Part shown: piece after piece, positions 54,566 to 54,650 of the stretch | Layout: each line of letters starts with the position of its first letter | Numbering within the stretch: the first letter of the stretch is position 1 | The notes under the pieces: generated by a model | What the model saw: the letters and a program-made list of their open reading frames with translations, nothing else | What the model was told of the DNA's origin: nothing | Databases searched by the model: none | Translations under genes and position numbers: made by a program | Source of the DNA: Methanosarcinales archaeon | GTDB lineage: Archaea > Halobacteriota > Syntropharchaeia > Alkanophagales > Methanospirareceae | Assembly: GCA_030611045.1 (NCBI GenBank) | Contig: JAUWQN010000002.1 | Location: 1 to 54,650, forward strand | Direction: 5' to 3' | Length of the DNA stretch: 54,650 nt

Positions 54566-54650
54566 ATCGATTTTACACCCCTATCGAAAGCTTTAAATAT
54601 AGTGTGCAATTTGAACACTGTATGGCATTTATTCACGCTAAGAAGCGCAA

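Overview
Archaeal chromosomal segment, shown by class I LysRS, archaeal Rps2, RNase P Rpp30/Pop5, Sec61-beta, Pth2, archaeal mevalonate-pathway enzymes and ACDS subunits beta/delta/gamma. The gene content suggests a Methanomicrobia/Halobacteriota lineage such as ANME-1/Methanophagales or an alkane-oxidising relative; this is inference only. About 50 mostly housekeeping CDSs and one tRNA (anticodon CAT, probably Ile2) are present. Points of interest: (i) a GGPPS-ubiX-ipk isoprenoid cassette sits inside the cdhC-cdhD-cdhE operon; (ii) a bacterial-type NAD-dependent ligase is coupled to PolX-PHP between mvk and rps2; (iii) a thiolase-DUF35-hbd-crt beta-oxidation-like cluster; (iv) NikR is divergent from an uncharacterised His/Cys-rich membrane protein, with a palindrome between them; (v) a decaying island of a deleted IS5, frameshifted recQ and a TPR-Swt1/HEPN pseudogene; (vi) a family of AT-rich palindromic repeats lies between genes and also inside coding sequence, twice in purL; (vii) MITE-like elements, toxin-antitoxin relics and several genes broken by 4-6 bp tandem duplications. 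No CRISPR array, rRNA or integrase was seen. All calls come from motif recognition by eye, without database searches.
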